From positions 64,001 through 128,000 of the forward strand of contig JBIKUX010000001.1 in NCBI GenBank assembly GCA_044347345.1: a stretch of DNA of 64,000 bases, written 5' to 3'. Below the pieces are notes generated by a model that was not told the origin of the DNA, searched no databases, and saw only the letters and a program-made list of their open reading frames with translations. Both the position numbers and the translations under genes were made by a program. The DNA is from Bdellovibrionota bacterium (GTDB lineage Bacteria; Bdellovibrionota_C; UBA2361; JBIKUX01). This document shows positions 9,317-20,093 of this stretch, piece after piece. Numbering within the stretch: position 1 is the stretch's first letter; every line of letters begins with the position of its first letter.

Positions 9317-11329
9317 ATGCAAGAGGAATCAAAAAATCTAAACGAAAACAACGACAGTCACACTGACAAGTCAGAATACTTTTTTCGCCTCACTGGAAGC
9401 GCCGTAGCCTCAGATTTAGCTTCTAAACTCAAACTTACAGAGCCGTTTCCTGTAGGCGAAGAATTCTTTTCTCAATGTTATTCAGGAAGGGATTCAGTTT
9501 TTATCAACCCAAATGAAACAGTATTTCCTGCTCTAATTGGGACTTTTTTAGCCAGTGTCAAGGAACGAGATAGCCGTCGACGAGTCGCTATTGTGGTGGC
9601 TGACACTACCGAACCGGGAGAAATTAGAAATATCTTAAAGAAAGGGGGGTTAACATGTGACCCAGTTACCGACATCGAACTTACAGGTAGCGGTTACACC
9701 GGTGATGTAATTGTTGGAACACCTCAAGAGACTCATTTATTTTTTCAAAGCGAGGCATCAAGAGCTACCGACATCGGCAAAGTTATCATAGTAGGAATTA
9801 CTCCTGAAATGAGAGTAACCCTAGATGCAGTTCTTGAAATCGCCTCAAAAAGAGCCAAAAGACCTCAGTTCATTAGCATGACTTCTAGCCGCTCGAGTGA
9901 GGTAGAGGCTCTCACCGTTAGGTACTTTCAACTTCCGCGAGATTCACTCACTCACGTTCAGTTTGAGCTTGAGGGAGATGTTCTTGCTAAGCCCAATGCT
10001 TTGGCAGCTCTTCTCGAATCTGAGGGAAGATGTCCAACTCTCGTTTTTTGCAACCAGCCATCAGATGCAGATTTTATAGAGGTACTACTCAAAAAAGCTG
10101 GCCTTACAGCCACAAAGCTTATCGGTAATGCTCCAGCTTCAAAGGTTCAGCAAGCTCTAAGCAGAGTCCTTTCAGGACAAACTGTTGCTCTTATAGCGAC
10201 TGATGTAGCAGCTAGACTAATTGACCCTCACGAATTTGAACTAATCGTCAACTATTCGATTCCAAGTGACCCTGAGATATACATTCATAGAACAGAAAGT
10301 TCAGGAACAGGGCAATCCCTCAGAAAAATAGTCAATCTAGTTGGCCCACTTGATAGGGCTAATTTCCATTACATTAAAAAAGTAGTTGAAGCTAACTTCA
10401 TAGAAGGAAATCTTCCTCCCGCAGAAGCTGTCTTGGGAGCCAGAGTTGGACAACTTAGAAAACGTGCTCTTGAAGCTGCTCCTCTCATATCATCAGAACT
10501 TCAAAAAATAGCTGAACTTGTCGATCAAGGTGGAAGCCGTACCGAAATTATAGCTTATCTACTATCTCTTGAGGTGGAGCATTCTGAAACATCTCAACAA
10601 TTCAGAAGCTCAGAAGACGATATATCTCACGACCGTAATCGAGATCGCGACCAACGTAGTGGTAGTGGTGCCGGAGCTGGTCGGCGAGATCGTGACCGCA
10701 ATAGCGGTGGAAGTAATGACCGTGGCAGAGAAGGCAGAGGAGACGGACACAGTCAAAGCCGAGGTCGTGATAGAACCAACCGCCGCCATGATAGTAACGA
10801 CAGAGACAGTAGTGACAGGTTTGATAATTACAGCGACCGAGATCAACTGCGTGGTGAAAGAGGTAGTCAGGCTCGAGACAATGAAGAAAATCAAAAGAAA
10901 CCTGAACCAGTTCCTACCGTTTCTATAGCTCGACTTTATGTTGAATCATCAGGATCATCTAAACTATCTGAAGCTCAACTAAGAGAGGCTATTAATTCTG
11001 TAGACCCAGAACTAAATAAAAACATAATAAGAGTAAGCTCACGCCAAAATTACACCTTTTTAGATGTTCTAGAGTCAACAACAGATAGAATTCAGACTAT
11101 CCTTGAGCAAACTAAATTTGGAAAAAATGAATCTCTGGGAGTACTCAAAGCTTTAAGCCTTTCTGTTCCAACAGACCGTCCTTCAGAAGATAAAGAAGTC
11201 TCTCAATCAAACTCCAATTTAACTGACACTAACAGCGATATCAGCGATAATGATAATAAAGAGGCTCAAGACAGTCAGCCTCAGGGGTCACCCTCTGTAG
11301 TTGATTTTGATGAAATCGCGCATGCCTAA
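9317..11329 (+). CDS. DeaD/CsdA-like DEAD-box helicase homologue lacking catalytic motifs, with DbpA-type RNA-binding C-terminal domain
   Basis: RecA2 motifs LVFCN, ATDVAARLID, VNYSIPSDPEIYIHR; R/D/G-rich linker; C-terminal RLYV...NYTFLDV. Confidence 0.75.
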   Translation: MQEESKNLNENNDSHTDKSEYFFRLTGSAVASDLASKLKLTEPFPVGEEFFSQCYSGRDSVFINPNETVFPALIGTFLASVKERDSRRRVAIVVADTTEPGEIRNILKKGGLTCDPVTDIELTGSGYTGDVIVGTPQETHLFFQSEASRATDIGKVIIVGITPEMRVTLDAVLEIASKRAKRPQFISMTSSRSSEVEALTVRYFQLPRDSLTHVQFELEGDVLAKPNALAALLESEGRCPTLVFCNQPSDADFIEVLLKKAGLTATKLIGNAPASKVQQALSRVLSGQTVALIATDVAARLIDPHEFELIVNYSIPSDPEIYIHRTESSGTGQSLRKIVNLVGPLDRANFHYIKKVVEANFIEGNLPPAEAVLGARVGQLRKRALEAAPLISSELQKIAELVDQGGSRTEIIAYLLSLEVEHSETSQQFRSSEDDISHDRNRDRDQRSGSGAGAGRRDRDRNSGGSNDRGREGRGDGHSQSRGRDRTNRRHDSNDRDSSDRFDNYSDRDQLRGERGSQARDNEENQKKPEPVPTVSIARLYVESSGSSKLSEAQLREAINSVDPELNKNIIRVSSRQNYTFLDVLESTTDRIQTILEQTKFGKNESLGVLKALSLSVPTDRPSEDKEVSQSNSNLTDTNSDISDNDNKEAQDSQPQGSPSVVDFDEIAHA

Positions 11330-11340
11330 AAAATAAAAAA

Positions 11341-11403
11341 GATCAAACCGCCTAACTCAATTAAATAACAAAAATAATAACTGAGCTTAGATGCGGTTTG
11401 ATC
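11341..11403. terminator. Long inverted repeat downstream of the helicase-like gene (terminator or 3' stabilising hairpin)
   Basis: gatcaaaccgc (11341-11351) pairs with gcggtttgatc (11393-11403); inner ctaa-ctca/tgag-ttag pairing. No strong U-tract. Confidence 0.5.
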
Positions 11404-11412
11404 AATTATTAA

Positions 11413-13278
11413 TTGCAAAATATTCAAGCTATAAAACTTTTTGCCTTTCAAGAACTATCCACAAAGTTTGCATTAAAAGTCAAAAATCACTGGTTAGAAA
11501 TCTACAGGAGAATTTTTTTGAGAGGATTAACTAATAATCTATCATTAAAGATATTTTTACTTTCCTGCCTCATTTTAACAGGCACAGTAATACCCATCAT
11601 AAAATATTGTGAGTTACTAAATAATTTTGCTATCAATATCCCGGCTTGGGATGACTTTGATTCTACCCTCAATTTTCTTTTAGATTTTCAGTCCGCTCCT
11701 GATGTCCAAACAAAAGTATCCTTAATTCTCAGTCAGCATAACGAGCATAGGATCATCCTAAATAGGCTTATTTCTTTAGTTCAATATTGGCTCTACGGAT
11801 CGGTAAATTTTAGATGGCAAGTCATTTTTGGAAATGTTGCGCTAATCATTTGGTTTTTGGTAGCATATCGGGTTCTTCGCAGAGTAACTGATTCATCGAA
11901 AACAGAGAATAATTTTCTTCTTCCCTCTTTTCTTCTTTTACCAACATATCCTTTTTTGCTTCAACCTCAATACGGCGACGGTATGCTGTGGTCTTCAACA
12001 GTGATCGGCAGTTTTTGGTCTATTGCACTCGCTATACTAGTTTTGCATCTACTAAAGGTAAAATTTTGGCATGCGTGCTTGTTGATGCCATTAGCTGTAT
12101 TTACTCAAGGTAACGGTGTCGTACTACCTATTTGCGGTGCATGTAGCTTAGCTCTCAGTAAAAGATGGCGCGAGCTAGGGTGGTGGATACTTATAACTAT
12201 CTTTGCGCTTGGCCTATATTTTAACGGCTATAAATCTCCTGTTGGTCATCCTTCGCCAATCAATGCTCTTATGCATCTAGAGCGTACTAGCAGTTACTTT
12301 CTAGCTTTCATAGGCTCTGGTTTAGGATTCAGCAATCTTTTATTATCTCAGATTTACGGTAGCCTAGTTTTAATCATCTTTATCTATTGTTTTATCTTCA
12401 GAGCCGACAAACGAGCCCCGGAGTTATTCTTCACCGTTGTATTTTTACTAGGTACAGCGGGAGTAAACTCTCTTTCACGAGCAGAATTTGGCTCTAGCTA
12501 TGCTATTCACCAAGATAGATACCGTTTTATCTCATGTGCCTTAACGGCCACTACTTATCTTTTAATCATCTCATTACAATCAGCAAAATTACGTAAAGTT
12601 ACCACATTAGTGGTACTACCACTATCAATAGCTTTCTGTTGGAAGAGTTATGACACTTACAGCTGGCGCTTAAGATTATTTCACACCGATTATCTAGTTT
12701 CAGATTTATTTGAATGGTGCTTCGGCGGATCGAAACTAACCTATCCTTGGTCTGATCGCTCTGAGCCTATAATTAATAGGAGTCTACAGTCTGGAATATA
12801 TACAATTCCTGAATCATCACTAAGTGTTCAAGCTGCTAAGCATGAAATAAATATCTCGCTGGTAAAGCCACCAAAACTAGCCACAGCTATAGACCGTGTT
12901 TTTACCACACCTAAATATTTTATCGTGTCAGGATGGGCATATAAGTCTAAGCTTCGCCCAGATAAGAGTACTATTCTTATCGCCATACAATCACCATCAC
13001 AGGCATATCAAAAAGAAGATGTTCAAACGGTTAATCAAATCTTTAAACCCATGCGAGTAATTCGCCCAGACGTAAAAGAACATTTTAAACGTACCTATCA
13101 TGACAAAACTGGCTTTGTAGCTGTTATTCCGAGGCACTTAGTTTTAGCAGACTCAGTGATGCGAGTAATAGTTGCAGACTCTAAAAACTCTGTGGCATCT
13201 ACACTTACTGTAAAACTTAACTCATCAGAACCAGATATCAATAGACCATCTAATCTTAGATGTTTTATTGAAAGCTAA
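11413..13278 (+). CDS. Polytopic membrane protein, putative GT-C-type glycosyltransferase or surface-modification enzyme
   Basis: About 10-12 hydrophobic segments, acidic WDDF in the first loop, QHNEHR motif, soluble C-terminal domain with VSGWA. Start codon uncertain. Confidence 0.5.
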   Translation: MQNIQAIKLFAFQELSTKFALKVKNHWLEIYRRIFLRGLTNNLSLKIFLLSCLILTGTVIPIIKYCELLNNFAINIPAWDDFDSTLNFLLDFQSAPDVQTKVSLILSQHNEHRIILNRLISLVQYWLYGSVNFRWQVIFGNVALIIWFLVAYRVLRRVTDSSKTENNFLLPSFLLLPTYPFLLQPQYGDGMLWSSTVIGSFWSIALAILVLHLLKVKFWHACLLMPLAVFTQGNGVVLPICGACSLALSKRWRELGWWILITIFALGLYFNGYKSPVGHPSPINALMHLERTSSYFLAFIGSGLGFSNLLLSQIYGSLVLIIFIYCFIFRADKRAPELFFTVVFLLGTAGVNSLSRAEFGSSYAIHQDRYRFISCALTATTYLLIISLQSAKLRKVTTLVVLPLSIAFCWKSYDTYSWRLRLFHTDYLVSDLFEWCFGGSKLTYPWSDRSEPIINRSLQSGIYTIPESSLSVQAAKHEINISLVKPPKLATAIDRVFTTPKYFIVSGWAYKSKLRPDKSTILIAIQSPSQAYQKEDVQTVNQIFKPMRVIRPDVKEHFKRTYHDKTGFVAVIPRHLVLADSVMRVIVADSKNSVASTLTVKLNSSEPDINRPSNLRCFIES

Positions 13279-13279
13279 T

Positions 13280-14941
13280 TTAATTAAGTCGCAGTTTCTG
13301 ACCCGCTACTAGTCGTGAATTACTTCCGAGCATATTTAGTGCTTGCAGTTTTTTTAACGGAATCACATTTTTTTTTGCTATCGTTGCCAAGTTATCCCCA
13401 GGACGAACGGTATAATATCTTTTAGAAGTGGTAACTGTTGATTTTTTGTTTGTTGCAGAGGCAGCTTTCTTAGAAGATTTAATTGGAACTCTTAAAACTT
13501 GTCCAACTTTGATTTTTGACTTTACTATTTGATTTGCTTGCATCAGTTCAGCTGGAGATACTTTCAGACGAGTAGCTATCATGGAGAGCGAATCACCTTT
13601 CTTTACTGTATAAATTGTAGAATTTTGACTCCTAGGCGATACATCTTGACGAGTACGGACAGACGGCTCTTCTAAAATATTGGATAGTTGTATATCTGAA
13701 GAAAAATCCCGCAATTCTTTTTTGCTATATGCTACGTTAATTGTAGCGGAAGGAGGAAGCCTAAGATTAAATCCTTTCGGTATAGGATACCTACCCTGCC
13801 ATACTGCCGGCGTTAATGCATAATTAAGAGACTTTAATTCATCTAAGTCTACTGCAAAGCTAGCCACTGCTTCTCTCACTGAGATTGCTCTTGCTATACG
13901 GTGGCTACGATATTGTGCCGGTGCATTTAACCTGATTTCAGGAAAATATTTTCGACGATCACGAAAAACCTCTACAGCAGCTAAAAACTCTGGATAAAAA
14001 TTTCCAGAAGCAAAACCAAAAAAACGCTCTGACGGATGCTCAATTATTGCTGATATATCTATGGTACCTGCCTCTCTTACCTTTCGAGCCACACCTGCTA
14101 CACCATGGTTGTAGGAAGTAATGGCTAATGGCCAGGAGCCAAGTCTTTGATAAGCTGAGCTTAAATATTTTGCGGCAGCATGAGTAGCTACAACTGGATC
14201 TCGACGCTCATCTACTACTCTACCAACATGCATAAAAGAACGCGCGGTAGCTGGCATGAACTGCCAAATTCCTGCAGCTCCCACTGAACTATAGGCCGAG
14301 TAATCAAACGACGATTCAATAAAGGGCAATCGAGTTAAATCGCGCGGTAGTCCGTACTGTGCAAAAATCTCCTCCATCATCGGAAGATATTTACCTGAAC
14401 GTTCAATAGATGCAGCAAACTTATCTCGAATCCCAGTTTGTGATCTGATAAGTCCTTCACTAATGACTCTTTGATACTTAGCTATTCCACTACCACTACC
14501 ACTACCACTACCACCGGGCACACCCTTCATCACCTTAACTATCTGGTGCTGCAACGCTGTCTGAGGTAATTCACCGGAGGCTAAATGCTTAAATGCCCTT
14601 TCAATTTCAGCGGAATGCTCCAAATCAACTTGCTTTTTAACGGCGTAAAACTGAACTTCCCCATATTTCTCTCGCAGAGGAGTAAGATCAACAACCTTAA
14701 ATATTACTTGAGGGAATTCTCGATGATGAAATACCAAATGACCAGCACCATATTTCGTAAAAATGTATTTCCAAAATTCAACACGCGGTCTAAGCCTAGC
14801 TGGAACTGCAAATTGAGTTTCAGCCAAAGCTAGGCTTTTTGGTGAGATTATTTGCACACTCTCAACCAAACAAAGCACGGATATAATAAAAATTAGGCGA
14901 ATAAAAAAGTATTTTGGTAAGTTCATCACAACAATAACCAA
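13280..14941 (-). CDS. mltD: Lytic murein transglycosylase with two LysM domains (MltD-like)
   Basis: IESSF, GAAGIWQFMPATA, SYNHG; YTVKKGDSL and YTVRPGDNL LysM starts. Confidence 0.9.
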   Translation of the reverse strand: MVIVVMNLPKYFFIRLIFIISVLCLVESVQIISPKSLALAETQFAVPARLRPRVEFWKYIFTKYGAGHLVFHHREFPQVIFKVVDLTPLREKYGEVQFYAVKKQVDLEHSAEIERAFKHLASGELPQTALQHQIVKVMKGVPGGSGSGSGSGIAKYQRVISEGLIRSQTGIRDKFAASIERSGKYLPMMEEIFAQYGLPRDLTRLPFIESSFDYSAYSSVGAAGIWQFMPATARSFMHVGRVVDERRDPVVATHAAAKYLSSAYQRLGSWPLAITSYNHGVAGVARKVREAGTIDISAIIEHPSERFFGFASGNFYPEFLAAVEVFRDRRKYFPEIRLNAPAQYRSHRIARAISVREAVASFAVDLDELKSLNYALTPAVWQGRYPIPKGFNLRLPPSATINVAYSKKELRDFSSDIQLSNILEEPSVRTRQDVSPRSQNSTIYTVKKGDSLSMIATRLKVSPAELMQANQIVKSKIKVGQVLRVPIKSSKKAASATNKKSTVTTSKRYYTVRPGDNLATIAKKNVIPLKKLQALNMLGSNSRLVAGQKLRLN

Positions 14942-14945
14942 ATGT

Positions 14946-16388
14946 TTAATAGTTTTTGTAAAGAGACTCTATGAACCTCCGCTCTTCCTCAAGAGCACGA
15001 CTACGACTTTTTGTACTATTTTGGATGACAGCAAATACTATTTTTTCACCACTATGTGGTACAAGAGTGCCAGCTAACCCATTAACTCCAGTCAAACTTC
15101 CTGTTTTAGCTCTAAGATGATAAGGGGGAATGCTAAACTTTCTACTAAAAAGGGTTCCCGTCCGTCCTGTAACTGCAAAAGAGCGTTCAAATTCCACGCC
15201 AAACTCTGGGGAAAGTACTGCTGCACGAATAAGATGCGCTAGTAAGCTAGCGGAGAGCCGATTTTCCCTACTGAGTCCCGAACCATCTCGAATCACCACT
15301 TCAGCCTTAAAAGTACTTTTTATAGCCTCATAAATCCTGTCTCGCCCAAGTTCATAATCAAACATTTCAGCCTCTTTCTCTTTTCCGAGAAGATGGACAA
15401 GCTGTTCAGCAATTACATTATTACTGAAAGTGTTCATATCTGCTACGAAAGCAACGAGAGGCTTAGAACGATATTCTTGAAAAAATTTCATTTTAGCAGT
15501 GTCTACCGGACTAGTACTTATTCTGATAGCACTTCTATTTAATTCACCGAAAGGGCGCACCAAGCCGTGTAAAAATCCAACAAGTGTTTGCGCAAAATAT
15601 TCCTCAGGTTGGGGAACGCTCCGATAGATCGTGCGACACTGCGCATTAATACCAATAGCTCCATCAATTCTCACAATACCAGTACCGGCAGGAATATGAA
15701 CACTAATATTATTTCCAGAGCCTGGAACTGTCCGTACTGTACCCTTAATAGTCCGTCCGTATTCTGCCGGCTCAAGTGCTATTTGCGCAAAATTACCCAC
15801 TGACTGCGCTGGGCATACTTCAACCCCCAGTGCATTAAAATTGAGAAGAAGAGAACTTGATCCTGCCTCATAAGCTCTTTCTCCTTTGATGCTAGAACCT
15901 CCTTTGAATCTTGAAGTATCTACTACAATCTCATCAATCTGATTAATACCTCGCCGTCTGAATAAAGAGGCAATAATATATAATGACTCTGATGTTACAT
16001 CTGGAGCCCCTCCTCCTGTAATTACTAATCGACGCAATTGTCCAGACGAAGTTCCTAATTCTCCCTTAAAAAGAGTGCTAACCGAAAAGTCAGGTCCTAG
16101 CTTAGTCAAAGCCGACCAACTCGTAACGAGCTTCATAAGACTAGCCGGAACTAGGAGCTTATTACTACCACTTTCAAAGAGAATTTTACCAGATTGTAAT
16201 CTAAGCACCATTACCCCAGCATCTGATGAAAACCAACTACTACTCGTGTGGCCACCAAGTGAATTATTAAACGACTGAGATTCTGCGAAGGGAATTTTCA
16301 CACCAATTGTGCAAAGTATTAATACAAACCAAAATACCTGAGATTGAACAAATAGCTTTTTTAGCATTGGGCTAAAAGTGATTAACAT
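14946..16388 (-). CDS. dacB: D-Ala-D-Ala carboxypeptidase/endopeptidase PBP4 (peptidase S13)
   Basis: PASLMK (SxxK), SNN (SxN), DGSGLSRENR, AKTGSL (KTG). Confidence 0.92.
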   Translation of the reverse strand: MLITFSPMLKKLFVQSQVFWFVLILCTIGVKIPFAESQSFNNSLGGHTSSSWFSSDAGVMVLRLQSGKILFESGSNKLLVPASLMKLVTSWSALTKLGPDFSVSTLFKGELGTSSGQLRRLVITGGGAPDVTSESLYIIASLFRRRGINQIDEIVVDTSRFKGGSSIKGERAYEAGSSSLLLNFNALGVEVCPAQSVGNFAQIALEPAEYGRTIKGTVRTVPGSGNNISVHIPAGTGIVRIDGAIGINAQCRTIYRSVPQPEEYFAQTLVGFLHGLVRPFGELNRSAIRISTSPVDTAKMKFFQEYRSKPLVAFVADMNTFSNNVIAEQLVHLLGKEKEAEMFDYELGRDRIYEAIKSTFKAEVVIRDGSGLSRENRLSASLLAHLIRAAVLSPEFGVEFERSFAVTGRTGTLFSRKFSIPPYHLRAKTGSLTGVNGLAGTLVPHSGEKIVFAVIQNSTKSRSRALEEERRFIESLYKNY

Positions 16389-16491
16389 TTTCAGTACTTA
16401 AAAAGTCATACACAGATTAATTGAACGAAAACATCTCGCCTCATCAAAAACAAGTGGTAATAATACTATAAGATTCTTTTACGAGAAGAAG

Positions 16492-17736
16492 GTGAATAAA
16501 TACTTTACCGATGTTTTAATAATTGGTGCTGGTATCAGTGGGCTTGCTTGCGCCCGGGCTCTGAAGGAGCACGGCTGTTCTTCCATCATAATTCTTGAAG
16601 CTACGGATAAAATAGGTGGTAGAGTTGCTACAGATTACAGTGACGGATTTCTTCTCGATCACGGTTTTCAAGTCCTTATAGACGGTTATCCTGAGGTAAA
16701 ACGGCTAGGAATCGTGCACGATTTAAGAGCAACCTGCTTTGCTCACGGATCTATCATAAGAATCAAAAATAATTTTTATCATCTTCCAGATCCTTTTCGT
16801 CACCCATCCAAGGCCATAAGTGCACTGTTTTCACCTGCTATTACTTTTGTCGACAAACTAAGATTAGCTCTTCTTCGCATGAATATTCATAGAATGCCAG
16901 TCATCGCCAATGAAACAACATATGAATACCTAAAGCGGTTAAAATTTTCGGATAAGGCTATACAACACTTTTTTCAACCGTTCTTTGGCGGAGTATTTTT
17001 AGAGAATAATCTTAATACTCCGGCAAACAAATTTACCTATTTATTTGATATTTTCAAAAAAAGTAACATTTTACTCCCTGAACAAGGGATAGGAGCAATA
17101 TCAAAAATACTTGCCTCTCCTCTTGACCAATCCAGTATTCTGCTAAAGCGCCGTGTAGTAGCAATAAATCGCTATAGTGACAATCTAGGAGTTGTCTACA
17201 CTGAAGATGAGACTTTTGAAGCAAACAAAATAATCTTAACAAGCGCAAACTTAGAAGGTCTATTGCCAGACAGTATTAGATTACCAAGCTCAACGTCATT
17301 TAACTCGGTATCTTGTTTATACTTTAGCGCCACTTTTATTCCCTATCCACTAAATCTCCCTTACCTTATTTTAAATACTAACGGAAGTGAATTAATCTTA
17401 CACATGTGTTGCTTATCAAACATACAGCCTTCATATTCACCAAGAGGATCTCACCTAATTAGTGTAACAGTAATAAATAATTCTCAACTAACTTCACTTG
17501 AAATCGTTATCCGGGAGGAATTAGAGGCGTGGTTTGGTAAAAGCGTTGATGGCTGGCAACTACTAAAAATATTCCACATTGAGCATGCAATTCCACAAGG
17601 ATTTCCAAACAATCCTATATGTATTGAGTCTCCTTGGCTTTATCGGGCTGGTGATTATGTACTAGAAGCTACTTTAAACGGAGCACTAAAATCAGCTTGG
17701 CAAGTAGCTGATGAAATTTACAAAAATTCGATATGA
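16492..17736 (+). CDS. FAD-dependent oxidoreductase, flavin amine oxidase / protoporphyrinogen oxidase superfamily
   Basis: [11 protein letters not shown]...IGGRV.TD...[11 protein letters not shown]-terminal AGDY....LNGALKS. Confidence 0.85.
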   Translation: MNKYFTDVLIIGAGISGLACARALKEHGCSSIIILEATDKIGGRVATDYSDGFLLDHGFQVLIDGYPEVKRLGIVHDLRATCFAHGSIIRIKNNFYHLPDPFRHPSKAISALFSPAITFVDKLRLALLRMNIHRMPVIANETTYEYLKRLKFSDKAIQHFFQPFFGGVFLENNLNTPANKFTYLFDIFKKSNILLPEQGIGAISKILASPLDQSSILLKRRVVAINRYSDNLGVVYTEDETFEANKIILTSANLEGLLPDSIRLPSSTSFNSVSCLYFSATFIPYPLNLPYLILNTNGSELILHMCCLSNIQPSYSPRGSHLISVTVINNSQLTSLEIVIREELEAWFGKSVDGWQLLKIFHIEHAIPQGFPNNPICIESPWLYRAGDYVLEATLNGALKSAWQVADEIYKNSI

Positions 17737-17748
17737 ATAACCATTTAC

Positions 17749-18912
17749 ATGAACACTAAGCCACACTTAAAGCCACCTGTAACAATAATTGGTGGTTCAT
17801 TAGCTGGGCTAGCAACAGCTCTTACACTTGCCAAGCACAACATACCCTCACTAGTGCTGGATTCAACTACTTTTCCACGACGTAAAGGATGTGGAGAAGG
17901 CTTGACAGCGGCAGGAGTTCTTTCAATTAAAAGACTTCTACATGATTCGCCTCTACCCCCTCATCAAAATTTAACTGGCTTTACACTTTATATAAAAGAT
18001 AAGTCATTTTTTTTCCCGGCAATAAAATCTTCGAGACAGGTGTTTAATCAGAATCCTTGGGGTGTTTCAAGACTTAATTTAGATGATGCTCTTTTTAATG
18101 CTGCTAAAACCACCAACCTTATTGAGATTTATCAGGCAAGTCGAGTGCGCTCAATTAAACATACTACAAAAGATACCTTTGTTATCGAAGCTGATAAAAA
18201 TTATGAAAGTAATTTTGTAGTGCTTGCAGGAGGAAAAAGTGCGCGAAAACTTTTTCCTTATCTCTACCATGAAGAAAAAAGTCGTGCTGTTAAGGAAAAG
18301 CGCATTGGCGGAAGTATTTATATCTCGGTAAGGGAATCCTTACTGGCTTCAAATCAAGTAACTATTTGGCTTAAAGAGGACTGTGAGTGGTATATAACAC
18401 CAACACAACCAAATCGTATCAACCTTGCCGTTTTAGGCTACCCAGAAGCGGTAAAAAACGCCAAAAAGCAACTTTGTGGAGCTCACCTTGATTCACTTCT
18501 TGAACGGTTTGGCGTTGTAGGGAGTCCTTTAAACAATTTCTGTGGCGTAGATGGGTTTGGTGGTCGTCTTAATCGTGTAGCATTTAACACAAATAAAAGT
18601 GCTCTCTTTGCAATAGGAGATGCAGCTGAGAGCATGGATCCTATCGGTGGGATGGGCATGACTCAAGCCCTGCTTACTGGAGAAGAAGCTGGCTATGCCT
18701 TAAGCATGATTATAAATAAAACCAGATCAACTAAAGACAGTGTCTTGCTATTTGAACGTAATCACCGAAAAATTAGCCTTGTATTACGAACCATGACACA
18801 AGTTATTTCTCATACATGTTTAAAATCCCATTCAAACCTTTACTTAAGGGGATTACAATGTCTATCGAATAAACTACCAGTATCAACAATTCTAAGGCTA
18901 CTTTTACCTTAA
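17749..18912 (+). CDS. FAD-dependent monooxygenase / geranylgeranyl reductase family protein
   Basis: IIGGSLAGL, FPRRKGCGEGL, IGDAAESMDPIGGMGM. Confidence 0.8.
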   Translation: MNTKPHLKPPVTIIGGSLAGLATALTLAKHNIPSLVLDSTTFPRRKGCGEGLTAAGVLSIKRLLHDSPLPPHQNLTGFTLYIKDKSFFFPAIKSSRQVFNQNPWGVSRLNLDDALFNAAKTTNLIEIYQASRVRSIKHTTKDTFVIEADKNYESNFVVLAGGKSARKLFPYLYHEEKSRAVKEKRIGGSIYISVRESLLASNQVTIWLKEDCEWYITPTQPNRINLAVLGYPEAVKNAKKQLCGAHLDSLLERFGVVGSPLNNFCGVDGFGGRLNRVAFNTNKSALFAIGDAAESMDPIGGMGMTQALLTGEEAGYALSMIINKTRSTKDSVLLFERNHRKISLVLRTMTQVISHTCLKSHSNLYLRGLQCLSNKLPVSTILRLLLP

Positions 18913-18943
18913 TAGCTCTCTCTACACTATACAAATCTCTACA

Positions 18944-19447
18944 TTATGCAAAATCTATTATCCTATTCCTATTCGATGGTGATGGTGATGGTGATGGTGA
19001 TGGTGATAGTGATGGTGATAGTGATGGTGATGGTGGCGAAGCAGGGCGAGTATTGCCGTATTCCTCTATGAGAGGAATGTCATACTGTGAGAGCCAGACC
19101 AATTTTTGACCATCTTTCTGCCAGAGGCTCATCACTAACTTGCTAGGCAAAATACTCAAAGAAGTGAGAATATCTTGACCCTCCGTTTCACTCAAATATA
19201 ACGGTAAACCAAAAAAATTCTCCATTACTTTGTTGAATGTAAGTTTAATCTCTTGAAATAGAACATCGAGCACAGTGGCTCCAAGAGGCTCTCGATTGAA
19301 AGAGATCTGTATATTCTGTTGTTGAAGGGTTTGCCGATTGAGTTCCGAAGGAGTGTTATTATCACTAATAGGCCTAAATTCGCCATACAGAATAGATAAT
19401 GGATTGACGAATCTCCGAGCACCAATTTCACTATTAATGCTAATCAT
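18944..19447 (-). CDS. Hypothetical protein with C-terminal Pro-Ser repeat tail
   Basis: Open frame; ATG at 19447 avoids overlap with the upstream ORF; no recognisable family. Confidence 0.5.
   Translation of the reverse strand: MISINSEIGARRFVNPLSILYGEFRPISDNNTPSELNRQTLQQQNIQISFNREPLGATVLDVLFQEIKLTFNKVMENFFGLPLYLSETEGQDILTSLSILPSKLVMSLWQKDGQKLVWLSQYDIPLIEEYGNTRPASPPSPSLSPSLSPSPSPSPSPSNRNRIIDFA
18975..19034. repeat. Hexanucleotide microsatellite (GATRGT)x10
   Basis: gatggt/gatagt units read directly; encodes PS/LS on the minus strand. Confidence 0.95.
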
Positions 19448-19466
19448 AAAATTAATTCCGATAAAA

Positions 19467-20093
19467 CTATCGATTAGAACTACCAACAATATTGTTTATA
19501 AAATTAACGAATGGGCTAAATCCTCCAGCAATCTGTAGTCCCAAACCCTCTGGGTGAATTATAAGTGGTACAAGAGAAAATGCTATATGAACCATATTTG
19601 CATCTGGTTGCGTGCTATTAAAAAGATGAGAATAAATGGTACGTATACAATTTAATAATTTTGCACTTTGTCCGAAGGCTTGAATTACTTGTGTCGAAGG
19701 CTCAGTCTGCGATGAACTTAGTAATTTTAAAAATTCATCAATACCATCAAATGTATTTAACCTATATTCGCTTTCAAGCTCCGGTATTACTTTATTAAAT
19801 GCTAGGTCAATTAAATAGGTAGCCCTAAAATGTGGATTATCCCCATACCTTTTAAGGTCATTTATTATGTCCCCTACTTCGCCTGGATTGTTACGAAAGT
19901 ATTCTGCACCAATTATTCGTAAATCATCTAACGTTATAGCACGTGGATCAAGTTCATCCAATTTGGCAAGTATATCTTGAGGAATGTAACTTTGACTTAA
20001 AAGCAGTTCAGGAGGTTTAGGAGGAAAACTTGATCTGTTAACGCCAAAGTCACCGGAGCTTAAATCTTGATCATATTGTTGACTTGCAAACAT
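19467..20093 (-). CDS. Hypothetical protein
   Basis: 208-aa ORF, GGAG RBS upstream of the ATG, no recognisable family. Confidence 0.6.
   Translation of the reverse strand: MFASQQYDQDLSSGDFGVNRSSFPPKPPELLLSQSYIPQDILAKLDELDPRAITLDDLRIIGAEYFRNNPGEVGDIINDLKRYGDNPHFRATYLIDLAFNKVIPELESEYRLNTFDGIDEFLKLLSSSQTEPSTQVIQAFGQSAKLLNCIRTIYSHLFNSTQPDANMVHIAFSLVPLIIHPEGLGLQIAGGFSPFVNFINNIVGSSNR

Noticed and set aside
10569-10928. Alternative-frame V/T/I-rich ORFs on both strands
   Set aside because: Shadows of the low-complexity R/D/G linker of the helicase-like gene.
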